Shown here: positions 21,792 through 43,169 of the stretch, piece after piece
How the letters are laid out: each line of letters opens with the position of its first letter
Position numbering within the stretch: the first letter of the stretch is position 1
Assembly (NCBI GenBank): GCA_012295275.1
Contig: CM022675.1
Coordinates: forward strand, 2,108,001-2,172,000
Origin: Chrysomallon squamiferum
Lineage: Eukaryota > Animalia > Mollusca
Direction of reading: 5' to 3'
Length of the DNA: 64,000 nt
Position numbers and translations under genes: made by a program
Notes under the pieces: model-generated
Seen by the model: the letters and a program-made list of their open reading frames with translations, nothing else
The model's database searches: none
Told to the model about the DNA's origin: nothing

Positions 21792-23701
21792 TCCTCTCTA
21801 CAACTCAGTATTTTTGTACCTCTTTATCTTTGTTTATAATTTTATTTATTTATTTAATTTTGCTATGAATTTATTTGTTTGATATTTGTTCTGTTCGTTT
21901 TAACGTAATTTCTGTCTTCTTTTGGCTTCCACTTCATATATTTGTCTGTGTAACGTAATAGTATTAATTTTAATATCATGAAAACAACCAGTGTTTCTTC
22001 TCGTACGATTTTTAATACGAAATACGTCATATGGAATAATAATAATAATAATAATAATATTGATAATAATAATAATAATAATTGTGCATGCCAATGTTCA
22101 CGCTGTATTTCACCGTCACTCTCACAGTTGCTAAATGTTAACTGAAGTGTGGACAGAAAAGAAAGTGTTCTTTCTTTTTAAATGTCCACAGTCTGTATTA
22201 GTCTGTAATGAGCAACAGTGGGTTAAAAGCAATGAACGTTAAAGTTTATTTTTGCAATTATCATTTATAACAACGTGGTTCAGTCCGTCTAACAAAAGAT
22301 ACTAAACACGTGAGGACTATTAACATTTGTTACATACCCAGTTTTTATACACAGGCAGCTTTGAGTAAGCGGGCCTCTGTAATGTCTGGAAGAGTAACCG
22401 TCCACAACGTGTTTCTCGTTTTGTTATATTAGTAAGTGCTACAACGACAACAACGTCAACAACAACAGCAATAATAATAATTATACAATTAAATGAACTA
22501 AAAAAAAGCTAATCAAATAAAAGGAACGAAGGTAGATTGTCAGATAATTGCTTTATAACTGTTTGTCTATCTATGCATGTGTACATGTTTCTGTTTCTCT
22601 CCCGCTGTACATCTGTCTAATATATATATATATACCCTTCTATCTCTTTTCCCAATACCAGTAAAAAAACAGTTCAAAATAGTATGGCTCTCCAAAAGTA
22701 GAGGCGCTATTGAGTATTTACTACTACTACTATTACTAGTATTAGATTAATACTAATGCTCACATCATAACTGTAAATACTGTCTATATATACTGATTTT
22801 ACCACTGCTAATACTCTACTTACTAGCATTATTATTACTATTGTTGACACTACTAATATCACTGCTAGTGCTGCTATTCTACTACTAAAGAAAGTGATTA
22901 AAGACGGCTTCACTGTACATTTTACATTTTACGTTTGTTTACGTGTAAAGTTTCCCACCGACCTTACAGTACATACTCGTTTCAGTTGGCCGAACACACA
23001 TGCTGCTTTCAAACGTGTTTTCAATTGTTTCTTACTTCTTTTTATTTCTTAAACTAAAAGATTAAGAATAGTTTAGCTGCGTCATGGCGTATATTCACCG
23101 ACTGTAAAAAGCTGACAGACACTGCTTTCAGAGAAGGTAAAGAAATTCCACAGCGTGAAATTAAAGTTGATGTAATACACTTTGATTATAGTAGAAAAAA
23201 GAAATTCTCAGATAGATCTTATCTCTGCTGATATTAGGGTGGTGACATTAACTTGTCTTTTCAGATGAATGGTGTATACAATAAGCTCTTGAATATATAT
23301 ATAACAGCTTGCAATTTTGTTTGTATTTTACAAAACATTCATATCTTCTTTCAGCTACATTAGTCAATTCAGGTACCTGTATCTTTCTTTTATCTCTGTG
23401 TTTGTGTGTGTGGGTGTGTGGGTGTGTGGGTGTGTGTGTGTCTGCTGATTATGTCTAATGACAGAGTAAGATCAGATAGCAGATAATAATAAGTCTGTAA
23501 GTGGGTATGCATGAATGCTTTTATGTTTGTATGTATGTATGTATGTATGTATGTATGTATGTATGTATGTATGTACGTAGTTATGTAAGAGTGTCTGTGT
23601 ATATGTGTGTATATGTGTGTTATATGTGTGTCTGTGTGTATGTACGTTTGTGTGTGTGTATATATATATATATCTATATATATATAAAGATATATATATA
23701 T

Positions 23702-23754
<53 letters not shown>

Positions 23755-23777
23755 TCTGTGTGTATATGAGTATACAT

Positions 23778-23811
<34 letters not shown>

Positions 23812-23896
23812 TGTGAACGTAACTACTAGCTCTAACGCTGCCAACACCAATTCTGTTAAAATAAAGTAATAAAACGTGGTAATCTGTTAGCCGTAT

Positions 23897-24670
23897 GTGC
23901 CATGTCGCTTTGGGAATGAAAATAACACATTTGTCATAGTGCACGCCGGTATATCTACTGCACGTGCAGACTCGGCTCGGAAAATGAAAGCCATGAAGCA
24001 ATGTAACGGCTTAACGCCGGCCAACGCGTACACGACGTCGCCGGCACTAGAATTCATGCTCAAACTGTCCGTTACCGTCTCCGTGCTGCTGTATTACAAG
24101 CACGTCGCCCTGTTGTAGTCGTTACCCTGATAGCGCGTCACATTCAGGAACGTCTGAGATGGGCCATAATACACCAACACTGGCGTCGCACACAGTGGAA
24201 TCAGACAGTATTCAGAGAGAAATACAGTTTTGTGTTCACTTTGTGGATGTTAGGCGTCATGTATGGAGGGGACGGGAGAACGAAATGATGCAAACAACGT
24301 TGTTCATCTTAAGAGATAGGCGTTACGGTCTGGACCGGAGTTCATGATGGAGGTAAAACAGATCACGCATTTGCTGTTCCTGAGATTAACGCTCTCAATA
24401 GAAGCATGAGACGGCGATGGACTCCTGTCATTGATGCTACTCCTGCACACACACTTCACTGAGCCTCTCTCACCATTCTGATAGATGTACCACCCCGTTT
24501 CATCAGTTGATATTAAAGTAACGACGTTGACTCCATGACAATATTTTACTGCGGCTACATTCAGAAATACTGCATCAATGAAATAATATTTACAAATAAA
24601 TTCAACATCCAATCAGGTTGTCTGTACTTCATACCTTGTACGTAATTGCTAAACATATTTGGCATACTCT
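23897..24670 (+). mobile_element. Decayed Tc1/mariner-family DNA transposon (transposase relic)
   Basis: From about 24042 it reads GTRIHAQTVRYRLRAAVLQARRPVVVVTLIARHIQERLRWAIIHQHWRRTQWNQTVF, then after a shift FCVHFVDVRRHVWRG. This matches the Tc1 HTH-linker-W..V.FSDE.RF...DGR..VWR pattern. Multiple frameshifts and deletions; TIRs not confidently identified. Confidence 0.85.
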
Positions 24671-24753
24671 ATATAGATAGAGAGAGAGAAAGAGTGAGAG
24701 AAAGAGACAGAGAGATTATATATATAATCTCTCTGTCTCTTTCTCTCACTCTT

Positions 24754-24803
<50 letters not shown>

Positions 24804-24909
24804 AACATATATATACATATACAAATATAATTAAATGAAGTAATAAATGTTTCATTTTCATATTTTGCACGCATACATACGTTGAGATACCGATGCCAAG
24901 ACAAACGCA

Positions 24910-24958
<49 letters not shown>

Positions 24959-25156
24959 AGACACATAAACATCCTTCTAAGATTGCCTAAACTCATTCAT
25001 GTGTTATGACAGTAAGTCTCCCATTTTGTACAGATAATAATATATCGATTGTTGTAGCTTTTGTAACAAACACGTTTAGCTCCGTACATCTCGAGTCTAC
25101 TGCACTACGGACATGCTTCACTGGTCGAGTAGGCGTTGTTATTTCTTCGTTTGTAC

Positions 25157-25187
<31 letters not shown>

Positions 25188-25400
25188 CATGTGGGTATAT
25201 GTTATTTAGCCCTTGGTTCACGTTTTGCATGGTTACATTTATTTATTTATTTATCTTTCTATCTATATACATGTCTGTCAATGTAACCATTTATGTCTGT
25301 TAATCCGTCCATCCTTGTGACTGTTTGTTACCGCATAACAGCAGCCTTGTCCGCCAGCACCATTTATTTAAGTCAATGTATTCTCATTGTTATTGTTATG

Positions 25401-25436
<36 letters not shown>

Positions 25437-25440
25437 CTGT

Positions 25441-25524
<84 letters not shown>

Positions 25525-25533
25525 CAGCGATAG

Positions 25534-33070
<7,537 letters not shown>

Positions 33071-33925
33071 TTTACAGACAAGTATGTAGATAGAAGACAG
33101 ATAGATAGATAAATAAATAAATATATAAATAAGTAAGTAAATAAATAAATAAATAAATAAATAAATATAGCAGAGCAAAACGTGTACCATGGGCTACATA
33201 ATTACCAACCACACACACACAGAGACACACACACAGACACACACACGCACAAACGCACACGCACATTCACACACACTCAAACAAACAAACATCTACACTC
33301 AAACACACACACAGACACACACTCAAACAGACTGACACACACACTCACACACTCAAACACACACAGACACACACACGAACAAACGAACCAAGAACAACGC
33401 CTTCTCGACCAGTGACGCGTCTGCGTAGGACAGTGTAGGTGAGATGTCTCGGGGTGAAACTGTTCTCTCACAACAGTACAACAATCGACGTATTATTAGA
33501 TACACAACTGTGAGACTTACTCTCGTAACAGCTGGTTCAGTTCATACAAGCTTAAGAAGAAGTTTTAGTCAAATAAACGTCAAAGGAAATTTATTTTTTC
33601 TTAAAATGTTCTTAAACACTTTAAATATCATTGTAAAATATCATCTGTTAGTTAAAAATAATAATAAAAATATAATAATAATAATAATAAAAGAAGAAAT
33701 AAATGAAAAAAAGAAAACGAAAAGGAAAAACAAAAATAATAAAAATAATAATAAATATATGAATTAAAAAAATACCCCATTATAAAGGAACGAAAATAAA
33801 ATAAAAGCATAAAAGAGAAAATGTTACCAAAAAAGAATAACAACAACAACAACAGCAACAACAAAATAAATAGGTAGTTACATAAATGAATAGAAGAGAA
33901 TCTGACGTAGATATAAAGACACAAA

Positions 33926-34603
33926 ACATTAGCTAGATATTTAGATACGTACATACTTAGGTACAACATAGGTAGGTACATTAGCTAGATATTTAGATAC
34001 GTACATACTAAGGTACAACAGAGGTAGGTACATTAGCTAGATATTTAGATACGTACATACTTAGGTACAACAGAGGTAGGTACATTAGCTAGATATTTAG
34101 ATACGTACATACTAAGGTACAACAGAGGTAGGTACATTAGCTAGATATTTAGATACGTACATACTAAGGTACAACAGAGGTAGGTACATTAGCTAGATAT
34201 TTAGATACGTACATACTAAGGTACAACATAGGTAGGTACATTAGCTAGATATTTAGATACGTACATACTAAGGTACAACAGAGGTAGGTACATTAGCTAG
34301 ATATTTAGATACGTACATACTAAGGTACAAAAGAGGTAGGTACATTAGCTAGATATTTAGATACGTACATACTAAGGTACAACAGAGGTAGGTACATTAG
34401 CTAGATATTTAGATACGTACATACTAAGGTACAACAGAGGTAGGTACATTAGCTAGATATTTAGATACGTACATACTTAGGTACAACATAGGTAGGTACA
34501 TTAGCTAGATATTTAGATACGTACATACTAAGGTACAACAGAGGTAGGTACATTAGCTAGATATTTAGATACGTACATACTAAGGTACAACAGAGGTAGG
34601 TAC
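33926..34603. repeat. 52-bp minisatellite, about 13 units
   Basis: Unit acattagctagatatttagatacgtacatactaaggtacaacagaggtaggt; period 52 from 33926 to 33978. Confidence 0.93.
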
Positions 34604-35329
34604 GTTGGTAGACAAAAGAGTGTATTGCTCATTAATACAGAAAGAAGATATAATGTATGCATTGTTTATTTATATGACTACTGCTAGTATTACTACTACT
34701 GCTGGTACTACCTTTACTAATATGACTTCTATTACTATTTCATGTTGTTAAACAAAGTTAACTACCAGATTAAAATTATAAAAAAAAAAATAATAATAAT
34801 AATAATAATAATAAAGTAACAAGAATAAATAAATAAATAAATAAAATAAACACTTGACAGAATTAACTCATATAAAGAAGTAGAGTGTGGAGGAGAATGT
34901 CAAGATGTTCGTCACACACAGCTGACAAAGAATAATGTCAGTTGGAAAACTTACGCGTAAAATAATTCAAAATATAAATAAATACTGAATATTCTTTGTT
35001 AAGTTTTAGTAGTAGTTGATGCAGTAGCAAAAGTAGAACTGGCAGATGTTATTTTTGATAAAAAAACACAATCTAGGACACTATTCGTGCACTTTAGTTA
35101 AATGATATATATCTATCTATCTATCTATCTATATCTATCTATCTATCTATCTGTCTGTCTATCTATCTATCCATCCATCTATCTATCTATCTATCTATCT
35201 ATATTTGTATTTGTCTGAATGTCTCACTGTCTATCCGTCTATCTATCTGTTTCTCGTCATTTCTCTCTAGCTGTATCTTAGTCCGTCCGTTCGTCTGTCG
35301 GTAAGTCGTTTGATTTGTCCACCCACCAG

Positions 35330-36060
35330 TACACCCATTCATCCACTCATCCATACATCCATACATCCTTACATCCATTCATCATTCTTCCATACATCCA
35401 TACATTCATACATCATTCATCCATTCATCATTCATCCATACATCCATACATTCATACATCATTCATCCGTTCACCATTCATCCATTCATCATTCATCCAT
35501 TCATCACCATTCATCCATTCATCATTCATCCATTCATCCATACATTCATTCATGATTCATCCATACATCCATCATTCATCCATTCATCCATCCATCCATC
35601 CATCATTCATCCATACATCCGTACATCCATACATCCATACATCCATACATCCCATATCATCCATTCATCATTCATCTATACATCCATACATCCATACATT
35701 CATTCATGATTCATCCATCCATCCATACATCCATTCATCATTCATCTATACATCCATACATCCATACATTCATTCATGATTCATCCATCCATCCATACAT
35801 CCATTCATCATTCATCTATACATCCATACATCCATACATTCATTCATGATTCATCCATCCATCCATACATCCATTCATCCATCCATCCATACATCCATTC
35901 ATCATTCATCTATACATCCATACATCCATACATCCATTCATGATTCATCCATCCATTCATACATCATTCATCCATACATCCATCCATCCATCCATCATTC
36001 ATCCATTCATCCATACATCAGTACATCCATTCATCCGTACCTCCATCCATCCATACATCA
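35330..36060. repeat. Compound (CATC/CATT/CATA)n low-complexity repeat
   Basis: Mixed tetranucleotide units; source of the HPSIH-type spurious ORFs. Confidence 0.9.
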
Positions 36061-36634
36061 CTGCAGTCATGTTTAGCCCGTTGACGTCAATTACTATTAA
36101 CTGTTTTCATTTATCTCTTTTTTTACAAATTTAACAAAGACACCACGCTGACAGATCTGTACATTGATTGTCTGCCCTTCTTCTTCTGCTCATACAGAAT
36201 ACACACCCCGTCGTGTTAAAATATAACCTGAGCTTTCAGCTTCAAACTGCCCAGTATTAGTGTCTACCTCCCACACATCCGTTTTCACCTTCGACTTTAT
36301 TTCAAACACCAAGTGACTTAAAATCAATGATTAGCTAGTTTGTAACGTAACCTCTATACGACTACATATTGACAAATATTCAATTTTCCGTTTAAGTTTA
36401 TCGTAAACAAAATTAAAGTAAAATGAAATCTGCACTCGTGGCTTACTTGACACTTTCATGATATGTATTAACTCTGTATGACCACTTTTACTTTTATGTT
36501 GTCATCTGACTGTTATGAAAATCATGTTTTACTCTGTACACTGGCAGTAGCTACTGTACATATATATTTAATGCACAAGAAGTATTAAGATTATTACAGA
36601 AATAGTAGTTGTGGTAGTAGAAGAAATAGTAAAG

Positions 36635-37805
36635 GTGGTACTAGTGCGTGTAACTGTAGTAATAACAGCGGTGCTACTGCGTGTAACTGTAGTAATAACA
36701 GCGGTGCTACTGCGTGTAACTGTAGTAATAACAGCGGTGCTAGTGCGTGTAACTGTAGTAATAACAGCGGTGCTAGTGCTTGTAACTGTAGTAATAACAG
36801 CGGTGCTAGTGCGTGTAACTGTAGTAATAACAGCGGTGCTAGTGCTTGTAACTGTAGTAATAACAGCAGTGCTAGTGCGTGTAACAGTAGTAATAACAGC
36901 GGTGCTAGTGCGTGTAACTGTAGTAATAACAGCTGTGCTAGTGCTTGTAACTGTAGTAATAACAGCGGTGCTAGCGCGTGTAACTGTAGTAATAACAGCG
37001 GTGCTAGTGCGTGTAACTGTAATAATAACAGCGGTTCTAGTGCGTGTAACTGTAGTAATAACAGCGGTGCTAGCGCGTGTAACTGTAGTAATAAGAGCGG
37101 TGCTAGTGCGTGTAACTGTAATAATAACAGCGGTGCTAGTGCGTGTAACTGTAGTAATAACAGCAGTGCTACTGCGTGTAACAGTAGTAATAACAGCGGT
37201 GCTAGTGCGTGTAACTGTAGTAATAACAGCTGTGCTAGTGCTTGTAACTGTAGTAATAACAGCGGTGCTGCGCGCGTGTAACTGTAGTAATAACAGCGGT
37301 GCTAGTGCGTGTAACTGTAATAATAACAGCGGTTCTAGTGCGTGTAACTGTAGTAATAACAGCGGTGCTAGCGCGTGTAACTGTAGTAATAACAGCAGTG
37401 CTACTGCGTGTAACAGTAGTAATAACAGCGGTGCTAGTGCGTGTAACTGTAGTAATAACAGCGGTGCTAGTGCTTGTAACTGTAGTAATAACAGCGGTGC
37501 TAAGCGCCTGTAACTGTAGTAATAACAGCTGTGCTAATGTTTGTAACTGTAGTAATAACAGCGGTGCTACTGCGTGTAACTGTAGTAATAACAGCGGTGC
37601 TAGTGCGTGTAACTGTAGTAATAACAGCGGTGCTAGTGCGTGTAACTGTAGTAATAACAGCGGTGCTAGTGCGTGTAACTGTAATAATAACAGCGGTGCT
37701 AGTGCGTGTAACTGTAGTAATAACAGCGGTGCTAGTGCGTGTAACTGTAGTAATAACAGCGGTGCTAGTGCGTGTAACTGTAGTAATAACAGCGGTGCTA
37801 GCACT
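36635..37805. repeat. 33-bp minisatellite, about 35 units
   Basis: Unit gcggtgctagtgcgtgtaactgtagtaataaca; 11-aa periodicity in the overlapping ORFs. Confidence 0.95.
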
Positions 37806-38577
37806 AATATTAATAATAATCTTTGAAGAGGTAGTAGTAGCGGAATGAAATAGTTTACATATAAATAATATATTAACGCTGACATTCAAAGAATTTAAAG
37901 CAAAACTACTTTTGTTTGTAGGTATTTCGTTTTGTCAACACTTACATAGATATACATAGTTTGCGAATGTGTATGCATGTACACACACAGATGTATATTC
38001 ATATATATATATGTGAGTGTGTACATATCTTAATATATATATCCACATACACACACACATACATACATATGTGTGTGAGTGGGTGGGTGTGTTTACATAT
38101 ATATTTTTTTAGAAAATCTGAATATTTTATTCGACTGAAACAACCAGTTTATCCTCGGTTAGTCATCTGCCGTTCTTGCTGTGCTTTATATATAATAATA
38201 CACTAGAAAGCAAGCACTTGTCTGATACTCAGTCTAGGCTTATCTAAAAGCATCGCTACTGTGATATACGTTATGGTTTGGAACGAATTTAATATTTTAA
38301 TTGTTTTACATTTGTTTGAATAACTATGGTACCAGTTTTCGATACGGACCATTACTTGTACATAAATATCTCAGTTATTTATATCTCTCTCTTTCCTTCT
38401 CTCTCTCTCTCTCGATTGCTTTTCTACATTTATTTATGTACTCTGTTTCACTATTATTACTTTATTATTTTTAGAAGAAAGTACTAACAATATCGTTATG
38501 AAATGAGTGATTGCTCACCTGAACTACGACTTAGTTCCCACGAGAACTGACGCCCACGTTCCGGCTCTATTATTTTG

Positions 38578-38705
<128 letters not shown>

Positions 38706-38929
38706 TTATTATCGTACGCTTGTTTGTCATTCTATGCAAGCGAAGAGTAGACTTTAAAAGTTAAACAACACAGATAACATTAGCAAAAGTAGAGGTATCG
38801 TGTAAAATACAGTACACTGATTTTCAATTAACTGCACTTAATTTTTCTACACATTGACAGTTTACTGGATTAAAAAGCAAACTATTATTGGATATACATT
38901 AGTTTTCAGTTAATTGTAACGAACATTTA

Positions 38930-38999
<70 letters not shown>

Positions 39000-39231
39000 G
39001 ATTATTGAATATTCTGAGTTTCATGTGACAGGCACAAACATTTTATTCTCGAGAAATCACAGGACATTCCCGATATATAAATATATATATGTTTTATGTT
39101 TAAAATATATACCTATAATAAGAAAAGAAGAAGAAGAACAACAACAACAGCAATACAAATAAAAAACAACAACAATTGAAACAACAATAACTTATTATTA
39201 AAACGACGAAATATGAAGCAACATCTAGTTC

Positions 39232-39848
39232 GTACTTGTAATAAACTCAAATGGAAGTTCCTCGTCTACAGCTCCTGATTTTCAAACTGAAGATCGATGT
39301 ATGAGGTTGATGGTAAACTGAGTTAACTATGTTTGTGACATTCTGACAATTTCTGCATAATCAAAAAACAATCTCTATATTGCAAACAAACACAATAATA
39401 TAAATACAAAACTAAAGAAATAAACAAAAGAAAAAGAAAAGAAAAAGAAATATAATAACAGTTAACTTATAATTTTTCAACACAATCAGTAAACTGGTAA
39501 TTATATTCCACGATAGCAAGAAAATAAATAGCTAACTTCCAATAATATATATATATATATGATAACAAAGCGGAACAAGCCTTGGCTGGTATTACTGTGA
39601 TAAGAAACACAGTTCAATGCTTTTCTCACAGATGACAATTAATTTTGTGTCGAGATTCGTGTTATACTTGTCACTGTAGTGAATGATCAGTTCGCTTTAT
39701 TACCTTGCCCCGCCACTGAATGTTCCACCAGTGTTAATAACAGTGAACATAAAATTGTTCTGACAAGAAAACTCGTCCGAAAATAAAAAAAAAGTAAAAT
39801 AATAATAATAATAATAATCAAAACAAAATCAGTCAATAAGCATGTGTG

Positions 39849-39903
<55 letters not shown>

Positions 39904-40090
39904 TAATTGTATTGGTTTATATGTTTTCTAATTTATTTAATAAACGAAATAAAATGAATTGTTATGTTTATGATATCAACACATAATGGAACGAATTTTG
40001 CTTCGTGTAATTATCAAGAGTTATTATTCTTTGTATGCAAAGTTTACATATACTGAAAAAGTAGCAGCAGCAGCAACAACAGCAGTAGTT

Positions 40091-40121
<31 letters not shown>

Positions 40122-40790
40122 CAGTAGAAGTGGTAGTAATGTTAATAGTAAAATTAGTGATGATGAACATTTAAAAACAAGATTAATCGAATCAAGTCAA
40201 TGGAAAAAATGAACTTTAGCTGTGACTACTTTGTTTTACACTATATTCATTCTGAGAGCAAGATTTCATATTATTTAAGAACAGTGAAAAAATGAAAAAT
40301 GTTCAAGTTCTGAATTTGTAAGTAAATATGTTCATTGTTACATTTTATAAGTTTCTAATGGTACAAAGTGGTACATTTACAACTTTATCTCTGTTATTTG
40401 ACAGAAGCGAAACGTTTTACCAGTTGTGCTCATCTATCAAATTAACCATGAGTTATCCTTCTTACTCTTTTTTCTGAAACAGAGATTTGAAAATGATTTA
40501 TATTTCAGGGGAGATAATTTGATGTTTATTCTGCATGACCACTGTTACAACAATTAAATAACGCGTGTTCGTATATTGCGTACAATCTGAACTGATAACC
40601 TATCGGCGCAATCCTTGGCTGGTTATTACTTTTATAAGAAAAACAGAAGCAGTGTAGTCATTTTCACAGTCACAGGTGCCGTCATTTTGACAAGTTTTGT
40701 TATTAGCACAATCCTGTCCCTTGTCGTCTGCAGTCGAAATACTCTTCACCTGTAAACAACATTTTAACATATAACTTTCATGAAAATGTA
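39232..40790 (-). pseudogene. Copy D: scrambled, heavily decayed relic of the same gene family
   Basis: EGF1 exon with acceptor and +1 shift (about 40660-40749) fused to a ZP-N exon-2 tail (about 40613-40645); fused ZP-N exon-1 and exon-2 pieces (about 39580-39778); first ZP-C exon relic (about 39235-39352); an intron fragment tttcaggggagataa (about 40503) shared with 47227 and 62748. Confidence 0.78.
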
Positions 40791-41488
40791 TCCATTGAGA
40801 ATTAGTTTGAACAAACTCACATCAAACACACACACACACAAACAAACAAATAAATAAATAAATAAAAAGTAAATAAATAATAAATAAATAAAACAATAAA
40901 TAAATAAATAAAATTAAAATTAGAAAAAAAAAAAACAAAATAAAACATTCACAAAGTCGTTATCGAGGTGGTGATTTTCGCTGTTAAGCTGTTTGAAGAG
41001 ATGTTCACGTATGTATGTATGTATGTATGTATGTAACTATGTATGTGTGTACGTAAGGTTTTTTTTATTATTTTTTATCCCATTTGCCATCTTGTTATAA
41101 CCACTGTGAAAGCTCATTTTACACCAAGGGAGGTAAGTGGGAAGAAACGTAGTTATCTTTCTTTTTGACTTTTTATCTAGTAGTCTAATTTCGGGTGGTA
41201 AAAGTGAGTTAACTGCGGTAAATGTAACTGAAAGATGAACTATATCACTGACCACTTATTTAATTTCTTCAGTTAAATACTGCTCTGGGATTAACGGTAT
41301 GAAATATTATGATTAGATATGAAGATATCTGAGTAGTCCTTGTTGATTGATTGTGTTGTCAAGTGCAATGATTCCGCCAAAAGCTTAGCAAATCTTCGTC
41401 TATATTTTTAAAGAAGTACCTGTTCCTGGAACACCTTCTTGAAATAGACTTACAATACATGCTTTGTTTATTGATTCGGACAAAGCAA

Positions 41489-41548
<60 letters not shown>

Positions 41549-42507
41549 TAACAAAAACAGAAACAACTATAACAATAACAATCGCAGTAACAGTAAATAG
41601 TATTTAATGATAAAGGAAACAATAAAGAATCATAAGTACCGTCGTCGATGCAAGAACAATTAAGAAAACATCTATGAAAAAATATGCTAATTTAAAAAAA
41701 CACAAACAAGTATAACTAAAAAACAATAATAATATTAATAATAAAAAATAATAATCATAAATAAATACACAGAAACTAAATAAATAAATAAATAAATAAA
41801 AGTTAAAAGTCAACAGTGGAACGCTTTTCTTCAACATGGATTTATACGACAAGTAAAAATCCACGTACAAAATATTCTTGCTTTGTGCTTTATAATAGTA
41901 ATAAATAATGATTAATTGAAAGAGTGGTCTAGTGAGGTAATCTGGTTTCTAACATATAATAATGAAAACGATTATATGAACATGAAAACATTTTCAAGTA
42001 ATATTTACCACATATTAAAGAAAAGAAATTACACGAAATTAGCCGCAACAAGATTTAGTCAAACTATTGCTAATACAATAGAAACACAATAAAAAATATT
42101 AATAATAAAAAAAAAAAAAATAAAATAATCAAACCCATAAATCAATTAAAAAAGTAATAAAAAAATAATTTAAAAATATCGAAGTACACGAATAGGAAAA
42201 TGATAAAGAAAGAAAATAAAAAAAATATATAAATTTAGAGATAATAATGACAATAATAATTAAGAAAAACAAATAATAACAATAAAACCGGAACCCGAAA
42301 AGCCCAAAGCAAAACAGTTGCATTTCAATATTCCAGACTTTACTTCAAGAAGATGATAAATAACGATATATCTATATCTATATCTACATATCTATGTGTA
42401 TATAAGTGTGTGGATGTACATGTGCGCGTGCATGCGTGTCTGTGATTGTATGTGTGTGTTTATTTCATAATAATAATAATAAATTATAATAATGATAATA
42501 ATAATAA

Positions 42508-42539
<32 letters not shown>

Positions 42540-42716
42540 CAACAACAACAACAACAATGGTATAAAAATTTTACAAAATCGCAAAAATAAAAAAAATAAA
42601 ATAAAAATACAATAAAGTAACAAACAAATTAATAAAAAGTAAGAAAGAAAAGAAGAGGAATAATTACGAAAACGTAATGTAGTTTGAAACTACAGTTTGT
42701 GAAATGTTTCTCAGGT

Positions 42717-42908
42717 TAATTGAATTTGATGTTTGTTGACATCTTCCTTTTACTGATTGGACTTTTTCTTCTTCAGGAAGATGTTCACCACAATCCCAAA
42801 TGACAAGTGAGAAGATGATCACCATGACAACACAGACAACAATCAGAATCGTGTTGTTGACAATAACTTGAGCAGATCCTTGTTGTTCACCTGATGTATG
42901 TAAGATAC
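42717..42908 (-). pseudogene. Orphan degenerate copy of the transmembrane terminal exon
   Basis: ILHTSGEQQGSAQVIVNNTILIVVCVVMVIIFSLVI, then a +1 frameshift and an in-frame TAA; clearly homologous to 45666-45853 and 61722-61912. Confidence 0.82.
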
Positions 42909-43169
42909 CTAGAATGTAGGGAGTTTTTTATTCATTTATTTATTTATTATTATTTTTTATAATGTAAGATGTTCTGTTTCTTCCTGCAAATGATATATGT
43001 TAAACTCTTGATTTAATCTGACAAAACTAAAATCAAATATGAGTTCTGTTAAAAGAAAGAAAAAAGTAAAAAAAAAGAATAATGAAATGTATCAAGAAAA
43101 GGTTGACGATAATTATTCATCTTTCTTTCCTGATTTCAGAGATAAAATGTTCAAAGCTCTCAGTATCAA

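Noticed and set aside
33926-34603. CRISPR-like appearance of regular repeats (also 55405-56632 and 1720-1960)
   Set aside because: Head-to-tail units with no unique spacers, no cas genes, and a eukaryotic intron-rich context.
36611-37889. Long ORFs in the 33-bp array: (VRVTVVITAVL)n, Cys-rich (ACNCSNNSGAS)n and mucin-like (TSTAVITTVTR)n
   Set aside because: The unit length is a multiple of 3 and stop-free in several frames by chance. Frameshifts near 37270 and 37500, no synonymous-site bias and no convincing splice context.
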